64,000 nucleotides of DNA. It comes from Guillardia theta CCMP2712 (Eukaryota; Protista; Cryptophyta). Shown piece by piece: positions 34,058 to 48,573 of the stretch. A program made the translations under genes and the position numbers. Within the stretch, counting starts at the first letter, position 1, and every line of letters starts with the position of its first letter. Under the pieces are notes generated by a model. It worked only from the letters and a program-made list of their open reading frames with translations, was not told the origin of the DNA and ran no database searches. The stretch spans positions 186,001-250,000 of the forward strand of contig NW_005434649.1 in assembly GCF_000315625.1 (NCBI RefSeq). The letters are read 5' to 3'.

Positions 34058-37000
34058 TCACGAGGAGCATGGGATCAGACAGATTGCTTGTCCTGGGAGT
34101 GACAGAGCGTCGACAAGGTCAGGGTTGAGGTTGAGAATGAGCTGCCGCACAACGTCAGAGGATCAGGTAGACCAGGGACGAGGCAATGGGCAGGAGACGG
34201 TAACGACATGGTGAAGCTGGAATCACCAGACATGGGAGAAGAAGGCTGTAGGAGGGGGAGGTAGGAGTTGGTGGTAACAGTGGAGGATGGGAAGGGCAAG
34301 ACAGACTGGCAGAACCTTGATAGTGGTTTGAAATCGGGTGGCAATTGAGAGCAGAGTGTCGCTATTCTTCGCCTGGGCAAGTTTGACTGACAAGCTTAAC
34401 GGTCAGGGAGTGTTTTGACACCTCATAGCTCAGGCCGACGTTGATTATCGACTGCACTCCTTGAGTTGACAGCAGGTCCGGATGGAAGATGCGCTGCAAA
34501 GTCGTGAGAGAGGGAGGGAGGAGTAAGGAGGGAGGGAGCGAAGCAGGGAACAGAGAGGGGAGACGGGAGGAAGGAATGATAACCAACTTGTGTGTTGGGA
34601 TCGGAATCGTCGACGGCATTCATCGAGAACAATCGCATCCAGTTCACGTCGATGGAGAAGCTCTTCATCTGCCGGGAACAGCATGCAGGCTGAGTGAGGA
34701 GAGGAGCACTAGTTTAACGCCCCTACCTTTGACAGGAGTGTCTCCTCTGGGTTGACACAATACTTGCACTTCTGGATCTGCCAACGAGCTTCACGACAAG
34801 TCCACCAGCTGAAGTCCCCGCCCCCCCCGCCGCCTCCACCCACCTCGATTGACAAACACCTCCTGCTAGTCAACAGGTTTCCTCCTTGCGACTTGATCAG
34901 CCCCGTGTACTCCCCTGTCCCCACTCCTGCAGCGACCAGGCAGAGGAGGAAGGAGGAGCCTTCGGTTCCCCGAGGTGGAGAGACGTCCAGCTCACCACGA
35001 GTGAAGTTCTCAGCTCGGGTGATTGAGAGTTGCATCCATTCCTGCAGCTGCTGGTTGTCCGCCACGAGGATCGTTGCGTTGTACCGCCCAGCCGCGGCAA
35101 GGAAGGCGAACTGGGTATGGCAGCCGACGTAGGTCACCACCTGCACCGCCTGTTCTCCCCCAGCTGTTCCAGGCAGCCAGGTCACCTCAGCCGCTGTCAC
35201 GTGCATATCAACACAGAGGGAGTGGCTGTAGAAGCCTAGGGATGTCGCTCGTCGTCCTCCTCCCGTCAGCTCGCTGCTCTGCAACTTGTTGCACTGGATG
35301 CTGTTGTCTTTAGCAATGAAGCAAACCCTGAGCTGCGATTAAGCTCCTCCTCCTCCTCCTCCTCCTCTTCCTCCTCTCGGCTGAGCCCCACCTGAAAACC
35401 TTCCCTGACGAGTCCTCCGGTGGCACCCACTATCGTTTCGCAGTGAGATGAATGCATTCACAAAGTACAGAAGAACAGGATTCCGTTGAGGAGAGCAAGC
35501 GACAGAGCAAGAGCAAGTTAAGTCAAGAGTTGGGGCAGTTACAACTATCTCTGCTCTGATCATCATGTTTCATAGCAGACTTGGGATCGACAGACTCAAC
35601 AACAGATCCTTCAGACTCAATCGGGCACAGGCTCGACCAGCTGCCTCTCTGCATCTCACTGTACTCACCGAGAAGCTGCTCCTCACATCCGAGCATCCTG
35701 ACCCTCCCACCCCAGCTGACGTCGAGCTCAAGTTGTACACACAGGTCGCTGGCGTCAGCCGCGAGTACATTGGGATCCCAGGGTTCTCCATAAGGAGGAT
35801 GGAAACTTGATCCTGCCGCTGGCAGTCATCCCATCTGTCAAAGTTTGACAAGAACCGACCTCAGTGTTGGGGTCGCGAGCGCGGAGAGTGAAGGATATCT
35901 CCTGCCCCACCAGCATGTCCAGCTGCGCGACGCCGACGCCGAAACCGGTGACATCCGAGGTCAAGTAGGGAGACTCTAGAGGGTCTGCTCTGCTGGTCAC
36001 GAACATGGGAGGCCCCTGGAACTTGATGTTATGGCATCGCAACTCGGAGCTGTTAAGACCCCTCCCCCACACCAGCGCCTGAGCATCATCAGCCGCAGAG
36101 CTCCGGAGTTCACCATCTCTCCCCACCTGGTTGTCGGTAGCAAGGAAGCAGACGGTCTGGTCGGACGCGAAAGCCGCGAAGGAAGAGGACGAGTCGGAGT
36201 CGAAGAGGAGAGGGGAAGGGAAGCCGTCCTTGTGAGCGACACTCACGTTGAGAAAGAGCGAGCCGAATCTGCACGCGTCCGCGAGGAGGAATGGCTGGGA
36301 TGAGTTGCAGCTGGAGTTGAGGTGGAGGGTGAGCGGTGACGTGGACACTGTCGGAGAGCCAAACTGGAAGATGGTGGAGATGGATGTGTCAGACAGGAAG
36401 CTCATAGTCACGGTATCGCCCATGTCAGGGTCAGAAGCTGAAAACAAGTACATCATCGGGTCGACATTTGACGCGTACTTGTCAAGGGAGTCAGCAGAAA
36501 GACTTCTGGATGACAGGTGGTACCTGAGCTGGGCTGGAAGGTAGGTCGGGGGAACCAGGAGACACGTCAGTAGCTGAGCTGCTCTCGATCCAGCAGGCTG
36601 ACAAAGTTTGACAAGAGGCTCTTTGCGACGCCGACACATGCTCAACTGCCGACTCATTCGAGAAGAACACGATACGCTCGCAGGTGGGGGACTTGGCTGC
36701 GAGAAAGGCATTGCTGATGAGGTCGAGCTGGACTATCCTAACAAAACTCACCTGGACTTGTGATCTGCGGCGGTCTCCCGACCACCTCGACGCTGACGCA
36801 GGCTGGTGGGCCGTAGCAGCAGGTAGAGCAGGAGCGAGCCTGGAAGCAGAGGGAGAAGCGTTTGCCAATGTCATACTCGACCGGGTAGCTGTGACTCCTC
36901 CGACCGCCGAAGATGTGCACCCTCCTGCGTACGAGGTTGGTCTGCCCTGTCTGAACCTCCTCGATGACGTGGCAGTTGGACTCGTTCAACTCGCGCGAGA

Positions 37001-38588
37001 AAGTCGCATTGATGCACCCTTGGATGGACGCCTGCGAGACGTCTACCTCCACCTGCTCCCCACCTGCAAGGGTCCGCATGTTGTCAACGCACTTTGTGCT
37101 CTGAGAGCCCAGGGTATTGGCGTCAGAGAGACCCCACGAGCAGCTCCTGTTCCTTCCCAGCAGACTGCTGACCGAGGAGTCATACGCTGCTGCCCCAAAC
37201 TCGAATGTGCAAGGAGATCCCACAACGCACTCGATCCTCCTCGGCATCGGCGAGTGCCAAGGGTTCAATCTCACCAGCACAGGAGGGAGATGGCCCTGCA
37301 AGCTCAGCAGTCATCGTCGTCAGAAGATGATCGTAGCGCTCACCTGGTTATTCAGCAAACGGATTCCCGTAGAATCCGCAAAGAAATTTGTGATGTCACT
37401 GCAGACCCTGAAGACAACTTCCAAGGCCGAAGAAACGCCCAGCACATCTCTGAGCTTCACTCGAAGGAGATAGAGAGAGTTGGCAGGGCCTTGGAGGGGG
37501 CCTTGAAGGGTGGCAACTGCTCCTCCTCCGTCCTTGACGTCGTTGGCCTGGAGAGTCCACTCACCTGGAAACAGGAGGCAACGTTACACAGGTGAGATGA
37601 AACACTTGTCGGGGGCTCAACCTTCATTCAGAGGAGATGCGACAGGATCGGAGTTGCAGGACAAGATGTTTCCACTGAGAGAGGTCGAGTTGACGTCCCA
37701 GACCGTGACCACGTTGTTGCAACTTGATGAACAGCTCCTGGACCTGCTCGCTCCATCCTCATCCACACCTGGGGGAAGGGTTAAGCATTCACACTCCAGA
37801 AGATCTCAGGGAGAAGCTTCACCAGGGATTATGAAAGACACTGACTGTGTCTTGTCGCTGAGAGCAGGAATGGTTACAACAGGAAGCATTGCTGAAGACG
37901 GAGAATGGTGGTTTGTTGCTGGAAACACGGAGTACTCAATCGCACGCGGGTCATAGTCAGGAAGACACGCTTGGCATCCAATGAGGGAGATCGTTGTTTC
38001 AAGAATCACATTGGTGTTGGCGAGATCCACTCTACTGGTTGCGCATGAATCGACAGTCGACGCATCTATGTAAGGAGCAAGGCAGGTCGATGTGACCCCA
38101 CTGCTGCACCTGATGAACCTCTTGAGCACCGTGCTCTTGACGGATGCTGTCAGTGTTGGCTGCTGGACTCCTTCATAGCTATGGTAGCTCCTTGACACTA
38201 GCTGAACAGAGACAAGGGAAACGCCGTTCACTACCGTCTGGCCGACAGCTTGTACTAGGAAGGGCAAGCTCGAAGAGCTTGTTCCATCTCCATAATCAAG
38301 CGTGACTCCATTGAGAACAACCTGCTGCCCGGCTGTCGGTGTTCCCCCTATCGCTGTGTCTGTTACCACCATCCTCGCTGTGAGAACGACTTTGCCGAAG
38401 TTCCTGGCACACGAGTTTGGAGCGAAACTTCCTTCCCCTCCTGCGACCAGCCCATCACAGGAAGGAGATAACAGCTGAGGTGTGGCTCCAACTCTGTCCC
38501 ATGTCAGAGAGCCGGAGAGGAACGAGGCTCCTGCCATAGCGGCGCCTGCCCATAAAGCTACCACGAATAACAGTGCATACGCCGCCAT
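34058..38588 (-). CDS. Large secreted protein with C-terminal LysM-like repeats; multi-exon
   Basis: Signal peptide MAAYALLFVVALWAGAAMAG and beta-rich Cys-containing modules. C-terminal KCKYCVNPEETLLS.., NWMRLFSMN and PGQAICLIPC resemble LysM repeats. Confidence 0.65.
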
Positions 38589-38902
38589 AGCTTCATTGGC
38601 AAGTATTTGCTTGCTGCCACAGTGATGGCCAAGTTGAGAATGTTGTTATTGAAATATCAAATCTTTGCCATATTTTTCATAAAAGTTTTCCAAGTTTTAG
38701 ATGTTGGCTCAATCAGTGCTATTTTAATCATCAAACGCCATCCACCCCTCTCTTTCTACTCATTTTCTCCTAACCAGGGGAGGTAGTGAGGACTAACCGT
38801 TGATGGCTTGTCATTCTGGTGAAGTGAGGGGTTGGCCTGCTTCACCAATTTTGAGTGAGGGATGGCCCGACTCCACTTGTAAATTCACAGCACCTGGCGG
38901 CC

Positions 38903-41900
38903 ATGGCTCTAATGAGGAGGATAATCGCAGGGAACATTCGCATGGCGGGAGCGCTGCGCCCCCTGTCCTCCTCCTCTTCCCGTCTCTCAGCTCCTCAAAG
39001 CGTCGTCAGTGCAAGCTCTTCCCACCCATCCATCGTGGGGCTTGCCGTTGGCCCCGCCCGCCCCAGCTGCAGAGGATTGAAGATCCCTTCGTCAACATGC
39101 CAAGGGCGGAGAGCGATGAGCTCTACAAGCGAGGAGAAGAAAGATCTCCCTCCCTTGGTGTACGAAGACACCTTCATCAAGGTCTGCGCCCCCCTCTCAG
39201 CCCTGATCCCCCAGTGTGACATTGAGGCTCAAGGAAATCCTCCGGAACGTCAGGACCATCGCAATGGTGGGTGCATCTTCCAACTGGAATCGCCCGTCCT
39301 ACTTCGCTATGAAGTACTTGATGGCAAAAGTAAGAATTCTCCTCTTGTCTCTTCCTGTCTCATCCATCGATCAAGGGATTCCGCGTCATCCCGGTGAACC
39401 CAGCCAGCCATGGAAAGAAGATTCTCGGGGAGCATGTCTACAAAGACCTTATAGAGCTCAGCCAGAGTGACATCAAAGTAGATGATTTTTTTCTCTTTCT
39501 TTTTCTCTTTATCTCTCTCTTTGTTTGAATTCATCTGACTGCTCGAAAGATCGACATGGTGGATGTTTTCCGAGGGTCGGAGTTTGTTGTGCCCATCGCA
39601 GAAGACGCAGTAAAGATCGGGGCAAAAGTCCTCTGGATGCAGTTGGGAGTGAGGAACGAAGAAGCAGCGAAGATTGTCAGTTTCTTCGGACTATAGTTCA
39701 TGCTCCCTTATGTGCCATGCAGGCCGAGGCAGGAGGGCTGAAAGTTGTCCAAGATCGATGCCCCAAGATTGAATTCAGGTGGAGCTGAGACAGAAGAATG
39801 CTGGCAGGGCTCAAGGACCTTTCCTGACTTTCCCATCAGCCGTCTGTTCGGAGAGCTTGGTTGGCATGGCTTCAACTCGGGGGTTATTTCCAGGTGAAGA
39901 CGCGGCACTGGCGCTCTCTTCTTCTAACTTGCAAGGGGAATAGCAAGAGGCGACCTGTTGGAACCTCAGGCGAAGGCAATGCAGCTGGGGAAGGTACCAA
40001 GGAGAAGACTGACGACGAAAAGGTGGGTCGTGCCATCTTCTAGTTTATCTCATCAGTCCAGCTCCTCCCTCCCTTCTCCTCTCCCCCGGCTTTGCTGAGG
40101 TTTCGTGGATTCCAGAAACTTCCTGATATCCAGTTCCGCGGCTTCGAAACTCGCGCAATCCATGCTGGTGGGAACAATGACTTCAAGTGAGGGCTCGACT
40201 GATGAATCCTACGCAGGTGCTGCTCCAGATCCAACAACGGGTGCAAGAGGGACTCCAATCTATCAGACGACAGGTAAAGAGAGTTTATTACACTGCAACG
40301 GCAGTGAACACCGCTTTGTACAGCCTACGTCTTCGATGACGTTGATCACGCTGCATCGCTTTTCAACTTACAGGTTGAGAGACATCTCGTCACTCACTCA
40401 ATGCTGATGGTCTTTCCGCAAAGACTTTTGGCAACATCTACTCAAGATTGTCGAACCCAACAACATCGGTTCTTGAAGAGCGCATCGCAAACCTCGAGGT
40501 GCTGAGAGTTCCGCTCAGAAGCAGTTTAAGATTTGACTTGCTCTTTGGGTAGGGTGGAAGGGGAACTACCTGCACTGCCTCGGGTCACGCTGCTCAGCTC
40601 ATCGCTCTGTTTCCTCTGATGCAGGTGGACTTTGGTTCCTAGCTCCTGCATCCTCACCCATACCTGTTCAGCCTGGTGACAAGCTGGTGGCGTCGAATAA
40701 GTTGTATGGTGGAAGTATCACTCAGGTGTCTACTCAAACTAGGACTTTCCTGAATTCTCACTCTTTGGTGCAGCTCGGCAAGACCATCAAGAAATTCGCC
40801 TGGAGCTGCGACTTCGTGGATGTGGACGGTGCCTCATTGACGTCACAGTAGCAACACTCTGTCACTTACATTGGAGCAGATTTTGACAAGGTTCGCCAAG
40901 CTGTAAAGGTTTGGCCTGCTCGCCTTTCTAAGCTATGACACCACTGATTCGACTTGCACTTAGGATCCGAAAGTCAAATGCATCTGGGCTGAAAGCTTGG
41001 CAAACCCTGGTATCAAGATAGTTGGAGTTTGAATCAAGTATACTCAGCGTTTGTGCAGGCGGTGTGGTCTCAGACATCAGAGCTCTCGCAGACATTGCAA
41101 GAGAAGCAGGAGTATGTCAACATCACTCATGTTCGTTACCGTGATAATGCCATGTCAGATTCCTCTCATTATCGACAACACCATGGCGACGCCCTACCTC
41201 TGCCGCCCCATGTCAGTGATGCCATGAGATGATACTCGTTGTCAGTCTGAATCTTGCTTTGCTACCCCGACAGCGAACATGGAGCAGATATTGTGGTACG
41301 TTCGCTGCTGTTCTGCAGGCGCTCGGGATCACACAGTCCAGGTGCATTCAACTACCAAATTTATTTCTGGCCACGGAAACGCGATGGTCAGCACCTTGAT
41401 ACTCGCTGGGGAGCTCTGAACTGTGGTGGATGATACAGGGAGGGGCGGTTGTGGACTCTGGCAAGTTTGACTGGAGCAAATCACCCGACAAGTTTCCTTC
41501 CTTGTCCCATCCTGAGGCAATTGAAGTCTAAGTCAAGTCCTGTCACTAATGGTGCTGGCAGCCCGCCTACCATGGCCTGACCTTCGCTGAGACCTTCGGC
41601 GATCTTGCCTACACTCTCTACGGACATGCTGTACACGACATGTCATTCATCTCGACGGAGTCATTCATTCATTTCAGGTTGGTCTGAGGGACCTTGGCCC
41701 TTGCATGGCCCCGATCAACGCCTATCTCACCCTTCTTGGAATCGAAACTCTACCGTTGAGGATGGAGCGACACTGCCAGAACGGGCTAGGTGTTGCTGAG
41801 TTCCTCACCAAGCATCCGAAGGTCGTACAATGCTAGCTTCGTGTCGGACGCTCTAAGAAGTTCTGTGCAGGTGTCGTGGGTGTCATACGCGACTCTCCCT

Positions 41901-42393
41901 GATAACAAGTATCTTCCCCTCGCAAAGCGTTACCTACAGGTGAGACACTTGGATGGGGCATGTTGCTTCTTGACGAGGTTGGAAGGGGAAAGGAGGATCC
42001 GTCTTCACCTTTGGTCTCAAGGGAGGGTTCGATGCCGGAGTAAAGGTATCGCCTCTCGCGTTGTGAGGGAAACTTGATAGTCTTCCCCTCAGGTGGTAGA
42101 GAACTGTCATCTCCTCAGCCATCTTGCAAACTTGGTAACATGACTCGACTTGCTCATCGCGCCTCAACCACGTACAGGGCGACACTCGATCTCTGATTCT
42201 CCATCCCGCATCCACCACTCACAGGCAGCTAACTGCCGAGCAGAGGACTGTAAGTGCTCTGAGCCACATGTTGCCTCTGACCTCCTTCTCTCAGGCCGCT
42301 GGTGCCGGTGACGACGTTATCAGACTTTCGATTGGACTTGAAACCATCGACGACATCATCGCTGACCTTGATAGAGCTCTTAATACCATCTAA
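38903..42393 (+). CDS. metY: Fusion of a YccU-like CoA-binding domain and O-acetylhomoserine sulfhydrylase (MetY/MET17), with a mitochondrial-type presequence; many introns
   Basis: CoA-binding: [48 protein letters not shown]. MetY: [82 protein letters not shown]. In-frame joining intron 40023-40133. Confidence 0.88.
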
Positions 42394-43054
42394 TACAGGA
42401 CTTCTTGCGTTCTACTATCATATCCTCCTTCTGTCGATAGTGTCTAGTTTCTCTTCTACGCTCTTCTCCTCCTCCTGCCCTCCTCCTCATCTTTCTCCTT
42501 GTGCCTGTGCTAGCTACAAGCTAGGGAGGACATGAATTCGATCTGACAAAGAAAAAGGTCAAAAAATGAAACCTTCCACCCCCTCTTCTCACCACCCCCT
42601 CTTCTTGCCACCCCCTCGTTGTAGACCCGACCCCCCTCGGACTGTGGCATCCCTGATACACCCGACCACGTGATATTATGGCAGTAGTGACTGAGGACCC
42701 GTTCTTGAACCAGTTCATGACCCTACCCCCCTTCATACGACTCGGATGACAACCCGGGAGAGATATGCGGGAGAAGAGGAATGGAAGCGCCAGGAGGAAG
42801 GGGAGGAGACGCGGAAGGGAACAGAGGGGGAGGGGAGAGAAGTGATTCCTACGAGAGCAGAGGAAGAGAACTGAAGCAGAGGAGGAGAGGAAGAGGATAG
42901 GATGGAAGAGGAGAGATCAAGGGGAGCAGCGCAGTAGACTTGATTTTCAGTCAAAAACCCAAGTGGCAACTAACTTTGACGAGATTTGACAAACCGTTTC
43001 CTGCATGCTTAGCTTGTGAAGAGAAATCTCACAGTCGTTCAGGAAGTCTCAACC

Positions 43055-43658
43055 ATGCTCAGCTGCTGCGACTGTAGGAAGGACCATCACCGAGACGACC
43101 TTTCGAACGAGCGCCTGGGGATTGTGGGGAATGTCATGTCAAACAAGCGATCAAAATGCGGATGCGGTGAACTCCTCTTGTTCTCCCCCCTTGTCCTCAT
43201 CATCATCCAGGAATCATCTTCGCTGCTGACACTCGAGGGGCGCTGGTGGTGGACGGGCTCGTGCCGGGCGGATCCGCCGAAGCCTCGGGGCTACTCAGGA
43301 GGTTTGTCGAGCGACAATGGACGGGAGCTGAACAGACTGCAGGGGGGACGTGCTGGTGGAGGTTGACGGGGTAGAAGTTTACTGCAAGCCTGTTGGACAG
43401 GTGAGCCTTTGAGTGTCATCTAGGATGGTCTAGACTTTACTGCTGCCGTCCTTGTCCCCTCCTGCCTCCTCTCCGTTCCTCGCTCACCCTGGTGTACAGG
43501 TTGGTCCACTGCTGCTGGGCCCTCCAGGCTCGCGAGTTAGTCTGTGTCTGACGAGGAATGTGGACGGCGAGCAGAAGCGGATCAAGATAGACCTCGACCG
43601 CCGTCCTACACAGATTAAGACAGCGCTCGCACTTTACGAAGGAAGAACCGGGAAGTGA
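43055..43658 (+). CDS. Small PDZ-domain protein with N-terminal Cys cluster; multi-exon
   Basis: VVDGLVPGGSAEASG, GDVLVEVDG and LLGPPGSRVSL are PDZ patterns; starts MLSCCDC. Confidence 0.7.
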
Positions 43659-43882
43659 AGAAGAATCTTCGTATTTTCTATCAGCGTCTTTCAGGATACA
43701 TACATGGGATTTTTCAAGCTGGGCTGCACGAATTGCAGTAATGACTTTATAACAAAAGCATTTCTTTCATTCAATCAAATAACTTCTTGTCATACCAACA
43801 TGACACATTGCGCGTGGACAATCTCTATCCCAGACCGTCCATGTCCTCCCTCACACGCTGTTTTCAGACATTGAGCTGTTCC

Positions 43883-46297
43883 TCATTTCCTTGATTTCAA
43901 GAATGATTTTTTCGATGGCATCGAATCTTGTCGCTTCAATGGCTCCTCTTGCCGCTCTCGCAGCAAATCGTCGATCCTAGCCTGCAGCCTCTGGATCTCC
44001 TCAACAAATATCTGCTTCTGCCGATCGCAGGATTCTCGAAACCGTTTATCCTCCTCCTTCATCATCTCGATCTCAGCCTTGTAAGTCTTGACCTCCTGTT
44101 TACACGTTTGCAGCTCTTTCAAGCTCCTCGCAAACTCTGCTGCCTCCTCCTCGTTCTTAGCTCGGCTCAAAGACTTGAGGTGCAGGACTTGTTCCTTCAG
44201 CTGCGAGTTCTCAGTCTCGACATTCTTGACCATGCTAGCAAGGTACGCGCACTGCTCGCGAAGGAGAACGCTGTCCTCTTGATCAGCATTGAGCTGAACA
44301 TGAAGGTCGGATATGCAGGTGGATGCTTCTCCTATGGAGATACGGATGAGCTCGCAAACGTTCACAACCTCGAGGATCTGCAACTTGGTGACCTCCTTGT
44401 TCTTGCGCATCTTCAGCTCCACTTCCCCGTCCTTCATGGCTGCTTTTGTCAGCTGATACTCGAGCGCTCGCGACAATGCAAGCACGTTCTCCTCAACAGA
44501 GGAAATGCTTGCATCCAAGTCCTGAATGTGTAGAACTTGTTCCTCCTTCTCCTCCTCTTGCCCCTTCTCCTCCCCCTCCCCTTCCTGTGTTGCCATTTCC
44601 TGATCGTCTTGATGAACTTTCACTTCCTTGTCGTCATTGTCTTCATCTCTGATCTCCTCATCATTTTCGTCCTTGATCTCGTGTTGTTCAAGTTTTGCTT
44701 TGTGAATCTCCTTGGTCTCCTTCCCCTCTTGTTCAACATCTCGTTTCTCCCCTCGCTTGCCCGTAAGCTGGTCCTGCTTGAGCATCTCTGCTTCCTGTTT
44801 CCGACCATGATGTTTTCTCAATGAAGTTTCGCTCTCCTCCTCCTCCTCTCTTGGACTGAGACCCGAGTTCGTCCATCGGAGACTTGAAATCTTGAGATCC
44901 TGATCGCCGGTGACCGGCGAAAGGACACTGGACGAGCTCGGAGTCTCCACGTCAGTCCTTCCTGGGGGAGAAAGGATGCTCTTGTCGACGTTGTCGAGAT
45001 CGATCTTAGCATTGCAGTGGGAGCAGATGAAGTGGTCGCTGCCACAGGTGGGGCAGTGCGTCACTTCACTGATCTTCTTCCGCAGCGTCGTGTTGGTCGA
45101 GCAGAGGTCGTTGTACGAGGTGAGGACCTCCTGCAATGATGTCTTCACCTTCACCCCAGCGAACCTCGGTGGGGGCTTGTTCGGGCTGTGTGATGTGTCT
45201 TGCGCCTCGAAGAAGGAAATCAAGTTGAGGATCTTCCCTTGCAAGCTCCTCTTGCTCTTGCTGGGCTGTGTGCTAGAGTCATCAGAGAGCATGGGCTGTG
45301 ATTGGGTCAGTTGTTGTGGGTGTGTCGGTGCTTGGTTTGCAGGCTTGGGAGTCAACAATAGTCTTCCATATCCATCCTTGTCTTCAGCATCTTCATCGTG
45401 TGCGTGAGATCGAGGAGATGCTGCTCTGCCTGCTTTTAGGTGACCCAGTTCTCTCCCTTCGTGGTTGGTATCGACCTGTTTCTCCATCTGATTTTGCTCA
45501 TCGTCCTCTCCCTGGCTCAGTTCTCGGACTCCTGGTGAAGATTCAAGTTTTTCGTGATCAAGACTATCATCGCCTCTGTTCCTCGAACGTCCCTGAATTG
45601 CCTCAATCCCCATTGCCTCCGAGTTTTGTGCACGACTCTCCTGGTCGGCGGCGTTGACCCCCTCTGGGTCAATCTGTCGTTTCTGCTCCTGTTCATCTTC
45701 CTCTACTTTTTGGTTCTCGCCTCCACCTTCCTTGAGTTCCTGACCCTCCAATTGCTGTTCGACTGTGTGTTGCGTGTCGTCGACCTCTAAGTGGTTTTCC
45801 TCTTTGGTTTCCTCCTCCTCCTCCTCCTCTTCCTCCTCTTCCTCCTCCTCGTCGTCTCCCTCCTCCTGGTCGTCTCCCTCGTCGTCGTCGTCGCCCTCCT
45901 CCTCGTCTTCCTCGTCCAGCTTCTGCTCTTGCTCCCTCTCCCCTCCCTCTCCCTCCCCCTCTTCCTCCTTTTGTATGCCTTTCTCTTGCCTTAAATCGTT
46001 TCCTTTTCTTTCTAATCCTTCTTGGCATGGATCAACTTGACTGAAGTTGTCTTTTGCAAATTCCGAATCATCTTTCATTTCAATCCATGTCATCTCCTTG
46101 TCCTCCAGATCCTCTTGATCTTCTGACTCCGCACTGTCTGCTGTTCTTTCTGTGGACTGCATTCTGTCGCTGTACTTCTCTGATTCATCACTTTCCATCG
46201 GAGACTGCTTCACAGGCCCTTCTTGCTCTTGTGCCTCCTGTTCTACTTCCACTTCTCCTTCCCCTTCATCGTCCTCGTCTTCTCCGTTCTGTTCTAG

Positions 46298-46345
<48 letters not shown>

Positions 46346-47272
46346 TTGCTGCTCCTGCTTGTGAACATCATCTCCTACTTCCATCACCATTTCCGGATTG
46401 TTTCCTTTTGGTTCTCCGAAGGATGTCTCACGATTCTGCCCCACGACTGTGCGCGTGGGAGCATGCTCCTCGTTGTCATTGACCGGCTCATAGCTTTTGC
46501 ATACCTGACTTGGTTCACTTTGGTCCTCATCTCCATCCTTTCCCATTTCACAAATATCCTCTTCGTCCTCAAAATCCTGCTGCTGGTTTGTGACCTCAAC
46601 CCCCTCCTCGTTTTCCTTGTGACCCTCCTCCAGCTCCTCATCATCTTCCAGCTGTTCACTGTCATGAGATATTTCTTTTGATTCAGAAAGACACGATGCT
46701 TCATTCACACTTTCTTCTCCTTTGTTGTCTGATTTGTCGCGCTCAGTACTTTTTGCATTTTTAAGATCGTTTTGCAGCCCCTTGTTCTCGTTCCTCTCAA
46801 GTGCCTTCGCTCCAGGTTCGTGTTCAACTCTTTCGACGGTATCCCTGAACTCATATCTTTCTCCTCCTGTCGCGCTGGTCGGTTCATGTTCCTCTTCGAT
46901 CATGTTTCCATCGCCAGTCTCTTCAGCGTTCATCTCGCGCCTCCCTTCAGGTTTCAGCTCGGCCTTCCATTCAGCCTTCTTGCCACGTCCGTGTCGGTGT
47001 TGATGTTTCTTGCCATATGGTTTCAGCGCAACTTCTTCGTGATCCCCTCCATCATTTTCCTCTTCCTCACAGTGTTCTTGTCCATCGTCGTTCTCGTTAT
47101 CATCGATGTGAACCAGTATTCCATCAACAGTTGAGCTATCATGCTCGTCCCCGCCCTCCATCGCATGTTCTTCTCCGGCATCAGGACCAGCGCTTTTTCT
47201 TCTTGATCTGCCATTCTCTCCCCTCTCCTTCTCTCGCTGCTTCTCCTTTTCGCCTCCTCGTTTCTTGGCCAT
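43883..47272 (-). CDS. 1129-aa acidic low-complexity protein with CxxC..CxxC motif and C-terminal coiled coil
   Basis: Long uninterrupted ORF with E/D/Q-rich tracts, CPTCGSDHFICSHC and a heptad-rich C-terminus. Confidence 0.8.
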
Positions 47273-48573
47273 TGCCGCCTTGTCAATTGGATCACCACTT
47301 GGGGATCGGAGACATAAGGGGGTGGGGGTGGTGAATGTTTATTTTAAGCTGGCCCAGTGTTACAAATAGGGTGGTATGATTATTTTTTTAGGGTGGGGTA
47401 GTTCGACCTCCCCCCCAATCACCGGTCATTGAGATGGTGGGGTAAGGAGCTACAGTGCAACAAACATTATAGAGGTGGGTAGTTCAAAATTGTGTAGTAT
47501 GGTACAGGGTAGGGTAAGGGGGAGTAGTGGGGGGGGGGGGTGTTCTCGGAAGGGAGTCGCAATATCTCACAAGGTAGGGTAGTTACATGACCCGACCGTC
47601 GAGTACTAGGGGTCCATAAGTAGTAATCTCCATAGGTAAGGTAGGGTGGGGTGTTCTCACAAGTCACTGATTGTTCGGACGATCGGAAGTTTCGGGGGGT
47701 AGTTGACCAGAAGTAACGGAGGTCAGGGTGGGTGGGGTCATTGTCATCAGACTCGAATACAACATTTTTTTTGTCAATAACTCGTACACCATATAACTTT
47801 TTCATTATGTTTAAAATTAATCTAAAACCTTGTAAAAGTTTAACTGTACCAAGAAAAGCTTACTCAATATCAACGCTCCTACCAGAGTAATTGGGTACAA
47901 GTGTACTTATCTACTGCAGTAGTATTTCCGCTGAGGTACTACTGATCCTGACCGGGCCCGGGCACCGGGAGTCACCGGGCCTGATCACTGAGAGTGCTGA
48001 ACTTCCGAAACTTTGAGACCCTTGTTGTTGCCACGTCGAAGTTTTGATAAAAGTTCTCAAACTTGCCTTTTGTTTGGAAGTTCCCAGGAATCCGCAATTA
48101 CGTCATGGCGGCGTGGTAAGGGAGGAGCTGGACAGTAGGAGGACGTGGAGAAGTGGAGAGCTGGGAGAAGGAGAAGGAATCGGTAGAGGAGAGGAGAAAT
48201 GTATATATGCTCTGGGGAAGCACGTGGTGAACGAAAGGATATGAACGTTTCGAGTCAGCGGAGCTGGTGGGAGCAATTTGTTTTGTCGAGGCCAAGTTAG
48301 GAAAGCTAGATGGTTCGATGTGGCAAAAGACAGGATCAAGAGACAGTAGGAGAATACAAACTTAGGATGGTTCAATCTCATGTTGTGTGAGTGTGGAGAT
48401 GGGGTGAGGGATGATGGGAGGGGTATAATTTTATAGTGATGGAAGACTGAATGCATTTTGTAATCCATTTTGTTTTCAACGAAGCAGTGTGATATAGAAA
48501 CGGGGCGTTCTCTTTGTGGTTTCAATCTCCTTCTCTCTTGAACCACCAGAGCCTTGGTTTGTAATCGAGCAAG

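Noticed and set aside
36684-37595. 303-aa plus-strand ORF
   Set aside because: Antisense shadow of the GC-rich minus-strand secreted-protein gene.
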